A stretch of DNA of 63,007 bases, counting the filler, from Octopus bimaculoides (lineage: Eukaryota): NCBI RefSeq assembly GCF_001194135.2. It is 7 parts of 7 records of this genome, joined end to end, with 100 filler letters (N's around TTAATTAATTAA, not from the genome) between each part and the next. Parts side by side here need not be neighbours in the genome. Positions count along the whole stretch, not along the records: positions 1 to 9,105 come from NC_069000.1; positions 9,206 to 33,939 come from NC_068981.1; 5 more parts are not named here. One strand, 5' to 3'. Position 1 is the first letter of the stretch; each line of letters begins with the position of its first letter. Below, piece by piece: positions 1-12,559 of the stretch. The notes under the pieces were generated by a model. The model did no database searches and was not told the origin of the DNA. It saw nothing but the letters and a program-made list of their open reading frames with translations. The translations under genes were made by a program, and so were the position numbers.

Positions 1-6
1 ATATAT

Positions 7-40
<34 letters not shown>

Positions 41-50
41 ATACATATAT

Positions 51-93
<43 letters not shown>

Positions 94-372
94 CATATAT
101 ATATATATATATATAATACATATATAATACATATATATATAATACACACATATATATATATATAATACATATATATATGCATGCTTATATACACATATTC
201 TTACATATAAGCACATAGATTCATATATTCATATCCATAAATATATGTGTGTATAAAGGTATATATATATATATATATATACATATATATATAGTTCAGA
301 CACATATACATGTATATATAAATACACTCACACGCACACACACACACACACATGTATAGACTTATATCTATA

Positions 373-437
<65 letters not shown>

Positions 438-470
438 TATTTACACATCAAAGGTGCCATGTACGTACGC
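1..470. repeat. (TA)n/(CA)n microsatellite field
   Basis: Near-continuous TA and CA dinucleotide runs. Many similar fields occur throughout the window, often abutting N gaps. Confidence 0.95.
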
Positions 471-1059
471 ATATATACATACGTATATATACACACATAT
501 TTGTGTGTGTTTGTGCGTGTTCATTTATGTGTGTGTATTTATTAAGCTATAGATACATATATATAGTTTAGGTATGTATATATGCATATATATAAATATA
601 CATACACACACACACGCACACATATATATCAAAGGTAAGTATGTACATATACATACGTATATATACACACATGTTTGTGTGTATGCGTGCGCGCGTGTGT
701 GTGTGCGTGCGTGCGGTTTCCTGTACGTGTCCTTACATGTTATTCATTTATTACTGCGCGACTTTGAGAAACCCTAAACCCTTGTCCCCTGCTGCTCCAC
801 TTTGAATTTAACAAATTATCCTACAACAAACAGGGGAATTGCACGTCTTCCCCCTAACGTATTAAACATACCCTAAACCCAAAACCTGGGAATACGAGCA
901 GCCATTTAAGCAAGCAATCTACAGAATTGACATATCCGCACATAATTCTTATTTACATAAAGTATAGTCCTTAATGAATACGATCTAATTAAACGATTAA
1001 TTGTTTAATATTGCTGCCGAAAATATCTAAAGTGTGGTGTTATGCAATATAAGGAAGTG

Positions 1060-1325
1060 TCGCAGGAATTTCTCAGCGGTTAAGAAGTTCAATTTGTAAT
1101 CGTAGGATTACGAGTTCGATGTCACATCATCGCATGTAGCTGTTGTGCCCTTTATTGTAGACTCGGCTCCAGCTAGGTCTTGTCAGTGAAATATTTGTTG
1201 GTGTGCGCCATTTTTGTTACATATTGTGTCGCGCTCATTCGACCGGAGGATCGCGTTAATGGTAAAATATACAAGTGTATGGGATACTCAGCCAGTTGCT
1301 TGCACGTTTATTCAACGAGTAGGTA
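1060..1325 (+). mobile_element. Degenerate tRNA-derived SINE (3'-truncated)
   Basis: tRNA-like head (ctcagcggttaagaag...gagttcgatg) followed by body ...tactcagccagttgcttgcacgtttattcaacgag, which is shared with the SINE at 12723-13118. Confidence 0.6.
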
Positions 1326-1349
1326 ATTTGTTAAGTATATGAGAAAAAA

Positions 1350-1685
1350 TGGCATTCCGTCGCTTACGACGATGAGTGTTCCAGCTGATCTTATCAATGG
1401 AACAGCTACCTTGTGAAATTAACGTGCATGTGGCTGAGTACCCCACCAGACATTTAATATAGTTCTCACAGGCCCTCAACATAGTTCTCAAGGAGATTCA
1501 ACCTGATACAGAATGTAACAAGGCTGGCCCCTTTGAATTACAGGTACGTCTCATTTTTGCCAACTGGGTGGACTGGAAGCAACGTCAAAATAGTGTATCT
1601 TGCTCAAGGACTGAACGCACTGCCAGGAATCGAACTTACTGTCTTACGATCATGAACCGTATACCCTTAACGACTAAGTTACCCT
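1350..1685 (-). mobile_element. tRNA-derived CORE-like SINE with the same tail as the 12723 family
   Basis: Reverse complement reads tRNA head (gttaaggg...gttcgattcctggc), then ccttgagcaagatacact...ccagtccacccagttggcaaaaatgag, then tail ...gtcgtaagcgacggaatgcc. Confidence 0.75.
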
Positions 1686-1989
1686 CCTTCGCGAGAAGAT
1701 GGAACAAATGAACGGTTGTTATAGAAACTGGTGAAGAATCCTTCATCATCATCGTCATCACCAATATTACGACCACCAACATTCCATTATCAATTCACAC
1801 CGAATTAGGATAAGTTTTTCAAACACCAAACACCTTTCACAAATCATTTCTTCACAGTTAGTAAATACAAATCCACTCAATGAAAACAATAACAATGATA
1901 TTATTAACGCTAACCGTTCTTTGAACAACAATAACAACAATATTAATATTTCTGATATAAATTCGAATCGAACTCGTTTCCTTAGCTGT

Positions 1990-2810
1990 AATTCTAAGAC
2001 TAGAAACTCTGTTTATAAATGTAAAATTACTTCCGGTACTGATGTCTTTTTGATATAGGTAGCTCTTCGTCTCAGTTGTCGAAAAGAATATCTAACCATT
2101 ATTCTACATTTAGACATATCAATAAACACAACAATACTGGGCTTAGTATATTAATTTGATCTCTAAAGGAACATAATAAGCAATACGGTTTGGAATGGAA
2201 AATTCTATCTAGATCTTTCCCATATGACAAAGGTAAATCTTTTTGTCCGCTCTGTAACGAAGAGCTTTTTTCATCCTTTCTCGAAGAATACTCTTGTAAA
2301 CGCGTTTAAAGAATACGTTTATCGTTGTAAACACTGGCAAAAACATATCTTTAGTTCCTATAAGTAATTTCTACCAATCTATAAAATTCGACCTTTAACT
2401 GTCTTCATACATTTCATTTCCACTGCATATATTTCCACGCTTTTAAACTTTATTCTCATTCATCTATCACATTATATTTTTCCACTTTTAATCTCTTGTT
2501 AATTTCTTTCTCTTCTCTTTCTCTCTCTCTCTCTCTAATTTACTTCTGACGTTAAATCTATTAACGGTTTTTATTTAAAAATAACTTGCTAGCGTTCTCC
2601 TTACAGCATATACTTACGTACGCGGTAATCACATTCGGTTAAAATAGTTTATTGATGTGTTTTGTTCCTTTTTCTTCCCCTGACGAGATGATTGCATTGT
2701 TTTACATCACATTTATTCCCCCCAGAATAATCTCAATGCTGTTTCTTTGAAACATATGTTGAAAGTATAAATGATTTGAATTACACCTGCGTTTGACTCC
2801 ATTTCTTAAT
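1990..2810 (+). mobile_element. Penelope-like element 3' remnant: degenerate GIY-YIG endonuclease plus pLTR
   Basis: Translation across frameshifts and a stop: NSVYKCKI...IGSSSSQLSKRISNHYSTFRHINKHNNTGLSILI*SLKEHNKQYGLEWKILSRSFPYDKGKSFCPLCNEE...LVNAFKEYVYRCKHWQKH, ending TAA at 2365-2367. This is the PLE GIY-YIG pattern. The downstream pLTR resembles 41450-41640. Confidence 0.8.
2674..2766 (+). ncRNA. Decayed minimal hammerhead ribozyme motif in PLE pLTR
   Basis: CTGACGA at 2680-2686, GCATTG/CAATGC in stem II, GAAA at 2749-2752, palindrome ACATATGT at 2752-2759. Stem I is poorly paired. Confidence 0.55.
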
Positions 2811-2970
2811 TAATCCACATTATATAAAGCTAGTTGTCGGTCTGTCTGTCTGTCTGTCTATTCATCCCGCCAACTCATGCTTTGTTTCTTCTTATAACCC
2901 TCTTAGATATCAATGACTAACTTTTCCTTCCCCATACCTATAGCATGACAGAAATAAGGAAATAAGCTAT

Positions 2971-3007
<37 letters not shown>

Positions 3008-3413
3008 CGTGACTTGGCCTTTCATATATATATATATACATATACATATATACATAGATATTCACATACACACATGTTCATTCAACATTTCCGCGTGGAA
3101 TATGTGTGTGTGAGTATGTGTGTGTGTGAGTGTGTGTCTGCGTGAATATGTGGTACAGTGTGCGCGTGTGTATCAGTGTGTGCCTCATAATATTTGCAAA
3201 AGTCCATCCTTTATGATATATTGTAATTAACCAACCAAAATATATACAAATTATTGTAGCTGTAACTCATTAACAGCTTGGATCTCATATAATAACACAC
3301 GCAACACACAGACGCACACACACACAAACACATATACATATGATGTATATGCATATATATTACATATATATATATATATACACAAACATATGCTTATAAT
3401 ACATTTAGACATA

Positions 3414-3484
<71 letters not shown>

Positions 3485-4019
3485 NNNNNNNNNNNNNNNN
3501 NNNNNNNNNNNNNNNNNNNNNNNNNNNNNNNNNNNNNNNNNNNNNNNNNNNNNNNNNNNNNNNNNNNNNNNNNNNNNNNNNNNNNNNNNNNNNNNNNNNN
3601 NNNNNNNNNNNNNNNNNNNNNNNNNNNNNNNNNNNNNNNNNNNNNNNNNNNNNNNNNNNNNNNNNNNNNNNNNNNNNNNNNNNNNNNNNNNNNNNNNNNN
3701 NNNNNNNNNNNNNNNNNNNNNNNNNNNNNNNNNNNNNNNNNNNNNNNNNNNNNNNNNNNNNNNNNNNNNNNNNNNNNNNNNNNNNNNNNNNNNNNNNNNN
3801 NNNNNNNNNNNNNNNNNNNNNNNNNNNNNNNNNNNNNNNNNNNNNNNNNNNNNNNNNNNNNNNNNNNNNNNNNNNNNNNNNNNNNNNNNNNNNNNNNNNN
3901 NNNNNNNNNNNNNNNNNNNNNNNNNNNNNNNNNNNNNNNNNNNNNNNNNNNNNNNNNNNNNNNNNNNNNNNNNNNNNNNNNNNNNNNNNNNNNNNNNNNN
4001 NNNNNNNNNNACATATGAC

Positions 4020-4150
4020 GGGCTTCATTCAGTTTCCCCTGCCAAATCCACTCATAAGTCTTTGTTCAGCTCGTGGCTATGGCAGAAGACACTTGCCGAA
4101 GATGCCATGCTGTGGGACTGAACCGGTTGCTTGGGGCTCGGAACACATCA
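4020..4150 (-). mobile_element. SINE family A fragment (tRNA head plus CORE-like body)
   Basis: Reverse complement matches ...ggttcagtcccacagcatggcatcttcggcaagtgtcttctgccatagcc..., as in the full copy at 54836-55255. Confidence 0.75.
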
Positions 4151-4670
4151 TTACACGTAGACACACACATACACACACACACACAACCACACACACACGG
4201 AGGCTCGGTGACGCAAACAGGAAAAGAGAACGCAAAATATGAAATGATGCTATGCTTGGATTGTTCTGGAAGAAACTATTAAAAACCAATTAGAACGTTA
4301 GAATGGATAATGGATAATGAAAAATATGCATGACCCACGTAACATAGTAATTGTAATCAGGACGCCTGGATTTGAAACCAGTTTGATTAGTGCCAACGCG
4401 CAAAACTCTCAGCCCTCGAGTCGCTCTCAAACTTCACACAGACACACAGACACACACATAGAGATTTATAACTCAAAATGTTTGTCATTCGAAACACAAA
4501 CGCATACATATTAACTACGTAAATATTCACGCACACTCATGCAGACATACTCACACAAGCGCACACACACAAATTAGTATTCAGAGCATACTGAAGTAAT
4601 CATATTTACTATCGGATAACCTCAACCACATGCACACTACCAATGACTCACACACACACACGCAGGCAGA

Positions 4671-4746
<76 letters not shown>

Positions 4747-5042
4747 NNNNNNNNNNNNNNNNNNNNNNNNNNNNNNNNNNNNNNNNNNNNNNNNNNNNNN
4801 NNNNNNNNNNNNNNNNNNNNNNNNNNNNNNNNNNNNNNNNNNNNNNNNNNNNNNNNNNNNNNNNNNNNNNNNNNNNNNNNNNNNNNNNNNNNNNNNNNNN
4901 NNNNNNNNNNNNNNNNNNNNNNNNNNNNNNNNNNNNNNNNNNNNNNNNNNNNNNNNNNNNNNNNNNNNNNNNNNNNNNNNNNNNNNNNNNNNNNNNNNNN
5001 NNNNNNNNNNNNNNNNNNNNNNNNNNNNNNNNNNNNNNNNNN

Positions 5043-5091
<49 letters not shown>

Positions 5092-5104
5092 CGTATGCAT
5101 ATAT

Positions 5105-5281
5105 AAAAAATTAGGGTACTAGAAAGTACCAGCTTTGCTAGAAATAAATAAAGAGTCACATAAAGTCTGAAGGCACAGAAATATTAATAAAATTAACAGA
5201 TTATTGAGATTTCTGTGGTTTCAGAATTTATTTGACTCTCATTTCTAGCAAAGCCGATACTTCCTAGTACCCTAATTTTTT
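5105..5281. mobile_element. Foldback MITE-like element with ~80-bp inverted arms
   Basis: aaaaaattagggtactagaaagtaccagctttgctagaaat... is the reverse complement of ...atttctagcaaagccgatacttcctagtaccctaatttttt, with a ~25-nt spacer. Confidence 0.75.
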
Positions 5282-5391
5282 CCTATACTGTTTTACGCTT
5301 GCTGGCCACCAATATTATTATTGAATGATAATATCTTTATATATTTATAACATATGCACATGTGTGTGTGTGTGTGTGTGTACATATATAT

Positions 5392-6269
5392 AAGGAGTTC
5401 GGACTAAATTTGACAGTTTGCATAAAATATATCATCAAAAAGGCAAAGCGGGATTCGGCGGAATTTGAACTCAGAACGTAAAGGCGGACGAAATGCTGCG
5501 AAGTATTTTGCCCGCCGCGCTAACGATTCTGCCATCTCGCTGCCTCAAGTAACAGAAAATGCATGGAGAGGAGTGTATAATAATAATAATAAGAAGAAGA
5601 AGAAGAAGAGCAACAACAACAATAGCAAAAACAATAAAATGAATAATAAAAACAATAATACTAATAATCAGAGAGCGCAAGCCTCCGCCAAGGCAACACC
5701 AACGTCCTCTCAACGATTTGTCAGAGATGATTTCTTAAAATAAGAATATCCGAAATAAACTCAACTGCTCTCACAAACGAGAATACTAAAAATGAACCCG
5801 ACCACTCTCAAAAATTAAGTAAAAAAACAGGAAAAATAATCCAGAATCCTTGTCCCGTACCTGATCGATCCCAATGGTAGTCATGGAATGTGAAGGTGGG
5901 TGTAGAAAATTTAGTAACAGTAATAAATACTTTATCGTTATCTAATACAAGCCGAAGTTAACAAATTCACCATTCAAAACAGTTACAGCTTAAAGGGAGA
6001 TAATTGAGAAAGACTTGAAAGTTGACGTAAGATCGTAATCATGTAAAGTAGTCATGATGTTGGTATCTTGATACCCAGCGAGAATATTCATGATACAGGT
6101 AACTCTTTTTCAATATTCACATGGTGTCAAGTCCTTCATGTCAGCTAACTTTTGCTCAATTGCAATTTCAAGCTTTATGCTCTCCAACGCCGTTGACTAT
6201 TCATCAAAATATGAAGCTGTTCTTGAAAAGAGGGATACAAAATATCGTCAAATTTAGCCCGAACACCTT
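5392..6269. mobile_element. Non-autonomous TIR DNA transposon (Tc1/mariner-like, TA-flanked), containing a SINE B fragment and trinucleotide tracts
   Basis: Left TIR aaggagttcggactaaatttgac (5392-5414) versus right TIR reverse complement aaggtgttcgggctaaatttgac (6247-6269): 21/23 identical. Both ends abut TA runs. Confidence 0.7.
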
Positions 6270-6284
6270 GAGTATATATATATT

Positions 6285-6351
<67 letters not shown>

Positions 6352-6751
6352 GCATGCATATGTGTGTGTGTGTGTGTGTGTATACACACACACACATTTA
6401 TATATATTTACTCACTCACATGTCTGTGCTTTTGTATGAATTTATGTATAAATCTGTGTGTATATATGTGTGCGTGTGCGTACATACAAGCATGCCTACA
6501 TACACACATGTTGAGGCGCGTGTAGAGCATAAGGGGCCTTACCCATACTTCAAAGAAACCTTATGAAAGACATATAACCACCCTACACATCTCCTCGTGC
6601 GTACTGCTGGGTGGGTTCGGGTAGGGGTAGATACCTCTCTTCCATTACCTCCAGGCAGCAGCAGGATTGGTAATTTAAGGATGATCGTTACCGTTTACCC
6701 ATCATCATCATCATCTCCACCACCACCCTCACCACCACAGCAACAACAACA

Positions 6752-6786
<35 letters not shown>

Positions 6787-7903
6787 ATCACTACCAGCTC
6801 TACCTCCAGCACCGCGACAATGTTGGTACAACTACCACGCGCACCCGAACCAACATCATCACTACTCGTACCTCTACGATGACGACGACGTCCACTACCA
6901 CCACCNNNNNNNNNNNNNNNNNNNNNNNNNNNNNNNNNNNNNNNNNNNNNNNNNNNNNNNNNNNNNNNNNNNNNNNNNNNNNNNNNNNNNNNNNNNNNNN
7001 NNNNNNNNNNNNNNNNNNNNNNNNNNNNNNNNNNNNNNNNNNNNNNNNNNNNNNNNNNNNNNNNNNNNNNNNNNNNNNNNNNNNNNNNNNNNNNNNNNNN
7101 NNNNNNNNNNNNNNNNNNNNNNNNNNNNNNNNNNNNNNNNNNNNNNNNNNNNNNNNNNNNNNNNNNNNNNNNNNNNNNNNNNNNNNNNNNNNNNNNNNNN
7201 NNNNNNNNNNNNNNNNNNNNNNNNNNNNNNNNNNNNNNNNNNNNNNNNNNNNNNNNNNNNNNNNNNNNNNNNNNNNNNNNNNNNNNNNNNNNNNNNNNNN
7301 NNNNNNNNNNNNNNNNNNNNNNNNNNNNNNNNNNNNNNNNNNNNNNNNNNNNNNNNNNNNNNNNNNNNNNNNNNNNNNNNNNNNNNNNNNNNNNNNNNNN
7401 NNNNNNNNNNNNNNNNNNNNNNNNNNNNNNNNNNNNNNNNNNNNNNNNNNNNNNNNNNNNNNNNNNNNNNNNNNNNNNNNNNNNNNNNNNNNNNNNNNNN
7501 NNNNNNNNNNNNNNNNNNNNNNNNNNNNNNNNNNNNNNNNNNNNNNNNNNNNNNNNNNNNNNNNNNNNNNNNNNNNNNNNNNNNNNNNNNNNNNNNNNNN
7601 NNNNNNNNNNNNNNNNNNNNNNNNNNNNNNNNNNNNNNNNNNNNNNNNNNNNNNNNNNNNNNNNNNNNNNNNNNNNNNNNNNNNNNNNNNNNNNNNNNNN
7701 NNNNNNNNNNNNNNNNNNNNNNNNNNNNNNNNNNNNNNNNNNNNNNNNNNNNNNNNNNNNNNNNNNNNNNNNNNNNNNNNNNNNNNNNNNNNNNNNNNNN
7801 NNNNNNNNNNNNNNNNNNNNNNNNNNNNNNNNNNNNNNNNNNNNNNNNNNNNNNNNNNNNNNNNNNNNNNNNNTATATATATATATATATATATATTCAC
7901 GCA

Positions 7904-8730
7904 TACGTAAGGTGCATTCCAGAAGCTTTGAAACTTTTTCAGGAGAGACATTTCCTAATTTCCAAGAAGTACTAAACTCTAATCTCTTCCAGAGTAGTTT
8001 CCTCTGACATCAATACACTTGTTGTGGTGCTCCAACCACTTCATGAAGGCCCCATAGAAATCTTCTAAAGTGAAGGTGTCCAACACCCCTGGCACAGCCT
8101 TCTTCATTTTCGAAAGGACTGCTCTTGAGGTCCTCCTTCAGACTGAAGACAACCAAAAATCGCGGGGAACAAGGTCTGGACGACAGGGAAGGTGAAGAAC
8201 AGTTTTGATGCCCTTCCCTGTCTGGTCGTTGGTTACTAGGTTGCTTCTCACTGAGCCCTTGGGAAGAGACTTCGCACAAAACTTGCGCATGCTCAGATCT
8301 TCATGAATATTTCTGTGTACAGCTGCCTCAACAATTCACCAACTTTGATGGTCTTCAACAAGAAAATTGCAAATGTTCTCAATCAGTTCTGATGTCCTAA
8401 CATCCCCCTTCCTCATACCCTTCTTATCGTTTCTCACCTTTTTCTTTACCTTCCTTGAACCTCTTCTACCGGCGAACAGCTTACTCCATAATGTTGATGT
8501 TTGTAGCTGATGTAGAACTTTGAAAAGACCAACTGAACTATTTGCCGGATAAGCAAAGCCTAAAGTCGATGAATCAGAATATTTAATATTTAGAAACAGA
8601 AAAATCATTCTTGAGAGGTTCCATACTTGGCAGATGGCTAAACCAATTTCCCATAAAAGATATTCCTTCATTCGGATTTCCAAGGAATTATTGCAGATAT
8701 AGCGATTCATTATTCCTAACATTCGATGGT
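7904..8730 (-). mobile_element. Internally deleted mariner (DD34D-type) transposase remnant
   Basis: Minus strand encodes an HTH-region fragment (KRFKEGKEKVRNDKKG...VRTSELIENI...EDLSMRKFCAKSLPK) joined directly to the C-terminal GIKTVLHLPCRPDLVPRDFWL (degenerate HPPYSPDLAP). TIR-like end TA|CGTAAGGTGCATTCC at 7904. The right boundary is uncertain. Confidence 0.8.
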
Positions 8731-9033
8731 TCTTGGAGTCGCTAATGGCATTTTTGAACAAAATTTTAATATTCAGCACAAGGATTAAATATACTCGGTG
8801 TAGCCGGGTACACAGACATAAAACGGATGTACAATCATATTTGCATATTTGCACAATTATGCATGCATACATGAATACATACATACATACAAACATATAT
8901 ACACACACACACATACACACACACACACATATATGTATATGTACATAAATAATCTTATGTACATTTATATCATAAATATATATGAAAAAATACATTAATA
9001 TATACATACGTTATATAAATACACACAAACACA

Positions 9034-9105
<72 letters not shown>

Positions 9106-9205
9106 NNNNNNNNNNNNNNNNNNNNNNNNNNNNNNNNNNNNNNNNNNNNTTAATTAATTAANNNNNNNNNNNNNNNNNNNNNNNNNNNNNNNNNNNNNNN
9201 NNNNN
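9106..9205. other. Artificial scaffolding spacer (44 N + TTAATTAATTAA + 44 N)
   Basis: Identical 100-bp construct at 9106-9205, 33940-34039, 37219-37318, 46318-46417, 50561-50660 and 57637-57736. TTAATTAATTAA gives stops in all six frames. Confidence 0.95.
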
Positions 9206-9469
9206 TATATGCACACACATCCATACACATGCATACACACACATATATACACACACATATGTACATGTGCATGTGTAGATACCATTATAAAGACAAAATC
9301 AAGTGTTGATATTTAGATATTTTAAATGCATTTAATATGTGTGTTTCCAATAGTTATCTAAGATAATTCTTATATAATATTATCTTCTTCAGTCAAACAT
9401 TTATGGTAAACACAAGTTTTCCCTATACATAGCAGTTGTTAAGCTAGCCTCTAACGGACTCACCTTTTA

Positions 9470-9900
9470 GCAGAGGGGAAGAGGAAAAGTAAATACAGGA
9501 AGAAGTGAAGTCAGAGATGGGAAGGAGGAGATAGGAAGTGAGAAGTTAAGTATGTTAGGGAAAGAGAAAAAGCAAAGACCAATAAGAGGAAAAAGAGGGC
9601 AGAAAATCATAAATAAGTAAATAGATAAATAAATGCATAATTAAAATTGACAATAAATCTGAACGGCAAAAAAACTGAGTAAGAAGAAAAAGCAGATGCA
9701 GAAGAAAAAAAGAATGGAAGAAGAAGAGGAAGGAGAGAAGAGAAAATCAAAACAAACCAGAGAGCGATAAAAGATTTGGTTTAGGGTAGGGGAGACCAAA
9801 TGGAAAAAGGAAGAATAAAAGGAAAAATAGAAAAGAAAAGAGAGAATGTTGTGCTAGATATAAAAATCAATAGTCATAATAATGTTAGAACCAGAATAGG
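9470..9900 (+). repeat. Purine-rich (GA/AAG) low-complexity tract
   Basis: Strongly A/G-biased strand (gaagaagaggaaggagagaagag...). Confidence 0.8.
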
Positions 9901-10349
9901 AAATGGTAAAAGGTTAAATAGTGCAGGCCATGTCATTTAGAATGTGTTTAACTATGAGTGTAGTTCCAATGACTTGCTGCCATAAAGGCAGAGAAATAAG
10001 GCTCACACGCATTTACATCAGTAGATATATCCCACTCTCCCCATGTCCATAAACGGCATATGTGTTTATATGTTTATAGGGGAACATGAGTTAAGTGACA
10101 AGATATGTGAACTGATAAAGCAAAACAGATTATCGATCAGGAAAAATATAACAAGGATGGGTTTAAATGAAATAAAATAAAATAAAATAATCAATAAATA
10201 AAGTGTAATAACAGAGTAAATGGGTTAAGGTGGAATTTTGAGGTAAGTGAATAAATATGTGAAATAAGATTTGGAGCTATGAACCAGACAGTGGCAGGTA
10301 ATTAGGGTATAATAGTATGTAATATAATATAATACATTAAGTAGGTAGT

Positions 10350-10565
10350 CTGGCGGAATTGTTTAGTATGCTGAGTAAAATGCTTAACGGCATTTCGTCT
10401 GTCTTCATGTTCTGAGTTCAAATTCCCCTTCAAATTTGGCTTTGTTTTTCATCCTTTCTGGGTCAATAAAATAAGTACCAGTTGAACATTGTGGTTGATG
10501 TAATCAACTTAGCCTCTCCCCCAAAACTGCTGGCCTTATGCCAGAATTTAAAATCAATATATTAT
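10350..10565 (+). mobile_element. SINE family B
   Basis: ggcatttcgtctgtc...ttctgagttcaaattcc...tttcatcctttctgggtcaataaaataagtaccagt...; ends in an ATT tail. Confidence 0.8.
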
Positions 10566-10744
10566 TATAACTTAATAAATTATATAACTTAATAAATTAT
10601 AATATAAAATTAGGGACACTGTACTGATGTGCAAATGGTTTCAGTGGGTAACTGTCCAATTTAAGTCCCTATGGGTGTCTGTGAAGTGATTGGTGAACTT
10701 AATAGAAATACTAACAATGTAATAATAATAATAATAATAATAAT

Positions 10745-10957
10745 AATTCTACTAAAGACACAAGGCCTGACATTTTTGGGGAGGGGACTAATTGATTACA
10801 TCAACCCTAGTATTTCACTGGTACTTAATTTATTAACCCGAAAAGGATGAAAGGCAAAGTCGACCTTGGTGGAATTTAAACTCAGAATGTAAAGATGGAC
10901 GAAATGCTGCTAAGCATTTTGTTTTGTATGCCCATGATTCAGCCAACTTTGCTGCAT
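10745..10957 (-). mobile_element. SINE family B
   Basis: Reverse-complement copy with a (TAA)n run on the plus strand at 10718-10747. Converges on the 10350 copy. Confidence 0.85.
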
Positions 10958-10994
10958 TAATAATAATAATGATAATAATAATAATAATAATAAT

Positions 10995-11374
10995 AAAAAT
11001 TTTAAAAATGCTTTCTAATTGATGTATCAATACCAGCAGATGACAACGTTTCTCTAAAAGAAATGGAAAAACTTTCAAAATACAAAGACCTGGAAATAGA
11101 GATAACTCGAATGTGGAATCTAAAAACAGAAACAATTCCTATCATAGTATAATAAAAAAATATTCAGACAAATACATAACAAAAACACCAGGACTTACAA
11201 ATATATATAACATACAGAAAATTGCACTACTGGGTACTGCACACATTCTACGCAAAACACTTTCAATACAGTAAACATAAGAGCACCACAGCAAACCACA
11301 GCACATACCCAAGGCGCACAGAGCTGCACTCGGTAGTGAAGTGAAAGCACGTTATAAAAATAAAACTACTGAAC
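10995..11374 (+). mobile_element. R4/Dong-clade non-LTR retrotransposon 3' end (restriction-like endonuclease)
   Basis: CFLIDVSIPADDNVSLKEMEKLSKYKDLEIEITRMWNLKTETIPII...IYNIQKIALLGTAHILRKTLSIQ* (TAA 11272-11274), then a 3' UTR. Flanked on both sides by (TAA)n. Confidence 0.85.
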
Positions 11375-11394
11375 AATAATAATAATAATAATAA

Positions 11395-11607
11395 TCTTTT
11401 CTACTCTAGGCACAAGGCCTGAAGTTTTTGGGGAGGGGGCCAGTTGGTTAGATCAACCCTAGTATGCAACTGGTACTTAATTTATTGACCCAGAAAGAAT
11501 GAAAGGCAAAGTCAGCCTCGGTGGAATTTAAACTCAGAGCATAAAGACAGACGAAATACCGCTAAGTATTTCGCACAGTGTGCTAACGATTCTGCCAGCC
11601 TGCCGCC

Positions 11608-11654
<47 letters not shown>

Positions 11655-11840
11655 TCTTTCTACTATTGGTACAAGGCCAGCAGTTTTAGTGGAAGAAGTT
11701 AAGTTTATTACATAGACCCCAATATTTGACTGGTACTTCCTTTTATTGACCCTAAAAGGATGAAAAGCAAAGGAGACCATGGCAGAATTTGAACTTAGAA
11801 TGTTAAGAGCCAGAAGAAATGCTGCCAAGCATTTTGCCCA
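11395..11840 (-). mobile_element. Two tandem SINE B copies separated by (TAA)n
   Basis: Copies at ~11395-11608 and ~11655-11840, each with the gtacttaatttattgaccc...gaaaggcaaagtc...ggaatttaaactcaga signature. Confidence 0.85.
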
Positions 11841-12125
11841 ATGAGAATGTTTCTGTGAGCTTGGTGTTTTCGATGATGATAATGGTAATGATAAGCAAAG
11901 CATAAATAATATAGGTTCAATAGAATGTTTAATTATTTAAACTTGCCCAACCCATATCTGGTGATTTTGTGGTGGCTTGAATTTACCGGTCTTCTCTCAT
12001 AAATGTTGTACATGGCATTTGAATTCATAACTTGAAATGTGTGGAGATTGACATATTTCTCTTGCCGGTTGGGATACATGTTAGCCCCAAAGTAAGGTCC
12101 TGTTTTAATTTCTATCTACAGGAAT

Positions 12126-12177
12126 ATTCCCCTGACGAGACAAATAGGTCCCTAATGTTGAAATTGCAATAGGGAAT
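12126..12177 (+). ncRNA. Minimal type-I hammerhead ribozyme fold
   Basis: Stem I ATTCCC/GGGAAT, core CTGACGA (12132-12138), stem II GACA/TGTT, GAAA (12160-12163), palindrome ATTGCAAT, cleavage triplet ATA (12169-12171). Confidence 0.75.
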
Positions 12178-12559
12178 TAACCAGTTACTTTTAAGTTGTG
12201 GATTCTATTTGTCATGTCACCCACAGATAGCTTTTATCATGAAGAGAAATAATATGAATGATTTAAATGGCTTTATAGCAGTTTTGACTGCTATTTCTAA
12301 ACATGTAAGGGTTTTGAAACTCTCTTTATTATAATTGTGACTTGTTCATAATTATAAACATTCTTCTTCTATGTATTTTATGGTAACATGTTTGGCCATT
12401 GATATATTCATAAATAATTTTTAACTGTTTATAATATATTCTCTGTAATGTATTTTACATTACTTTTAATTAATTAATAGTAGGTTAAATAGAATCAGAA
12501 CCAAAGATAGTCATCAAGTAAAGAAGAGTGAAAGAAATAGGGGAGAGTATTAGAAGGAG

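Noticed and set aside
770-890. CCCTAAACC words resembling telomeric repeats
   Set aside because: Only two isolated copies; no tandem array.
3390-7951. Long ORFs (200-437 aa) in the supplied track, also at 20878, 30357, 38560, 43096 and 53490
   Set aside because: They consist of N-gap X runs plus translated (TA)n, (CA)n or trinucleotide microsatellites; not genes.
9150-9161. Recurrent palindrome TTAATTAATTAA (six copies)
   Set aside because: Always centred in exactly 44 N + 44 N; a scaffolding linker, not biology.
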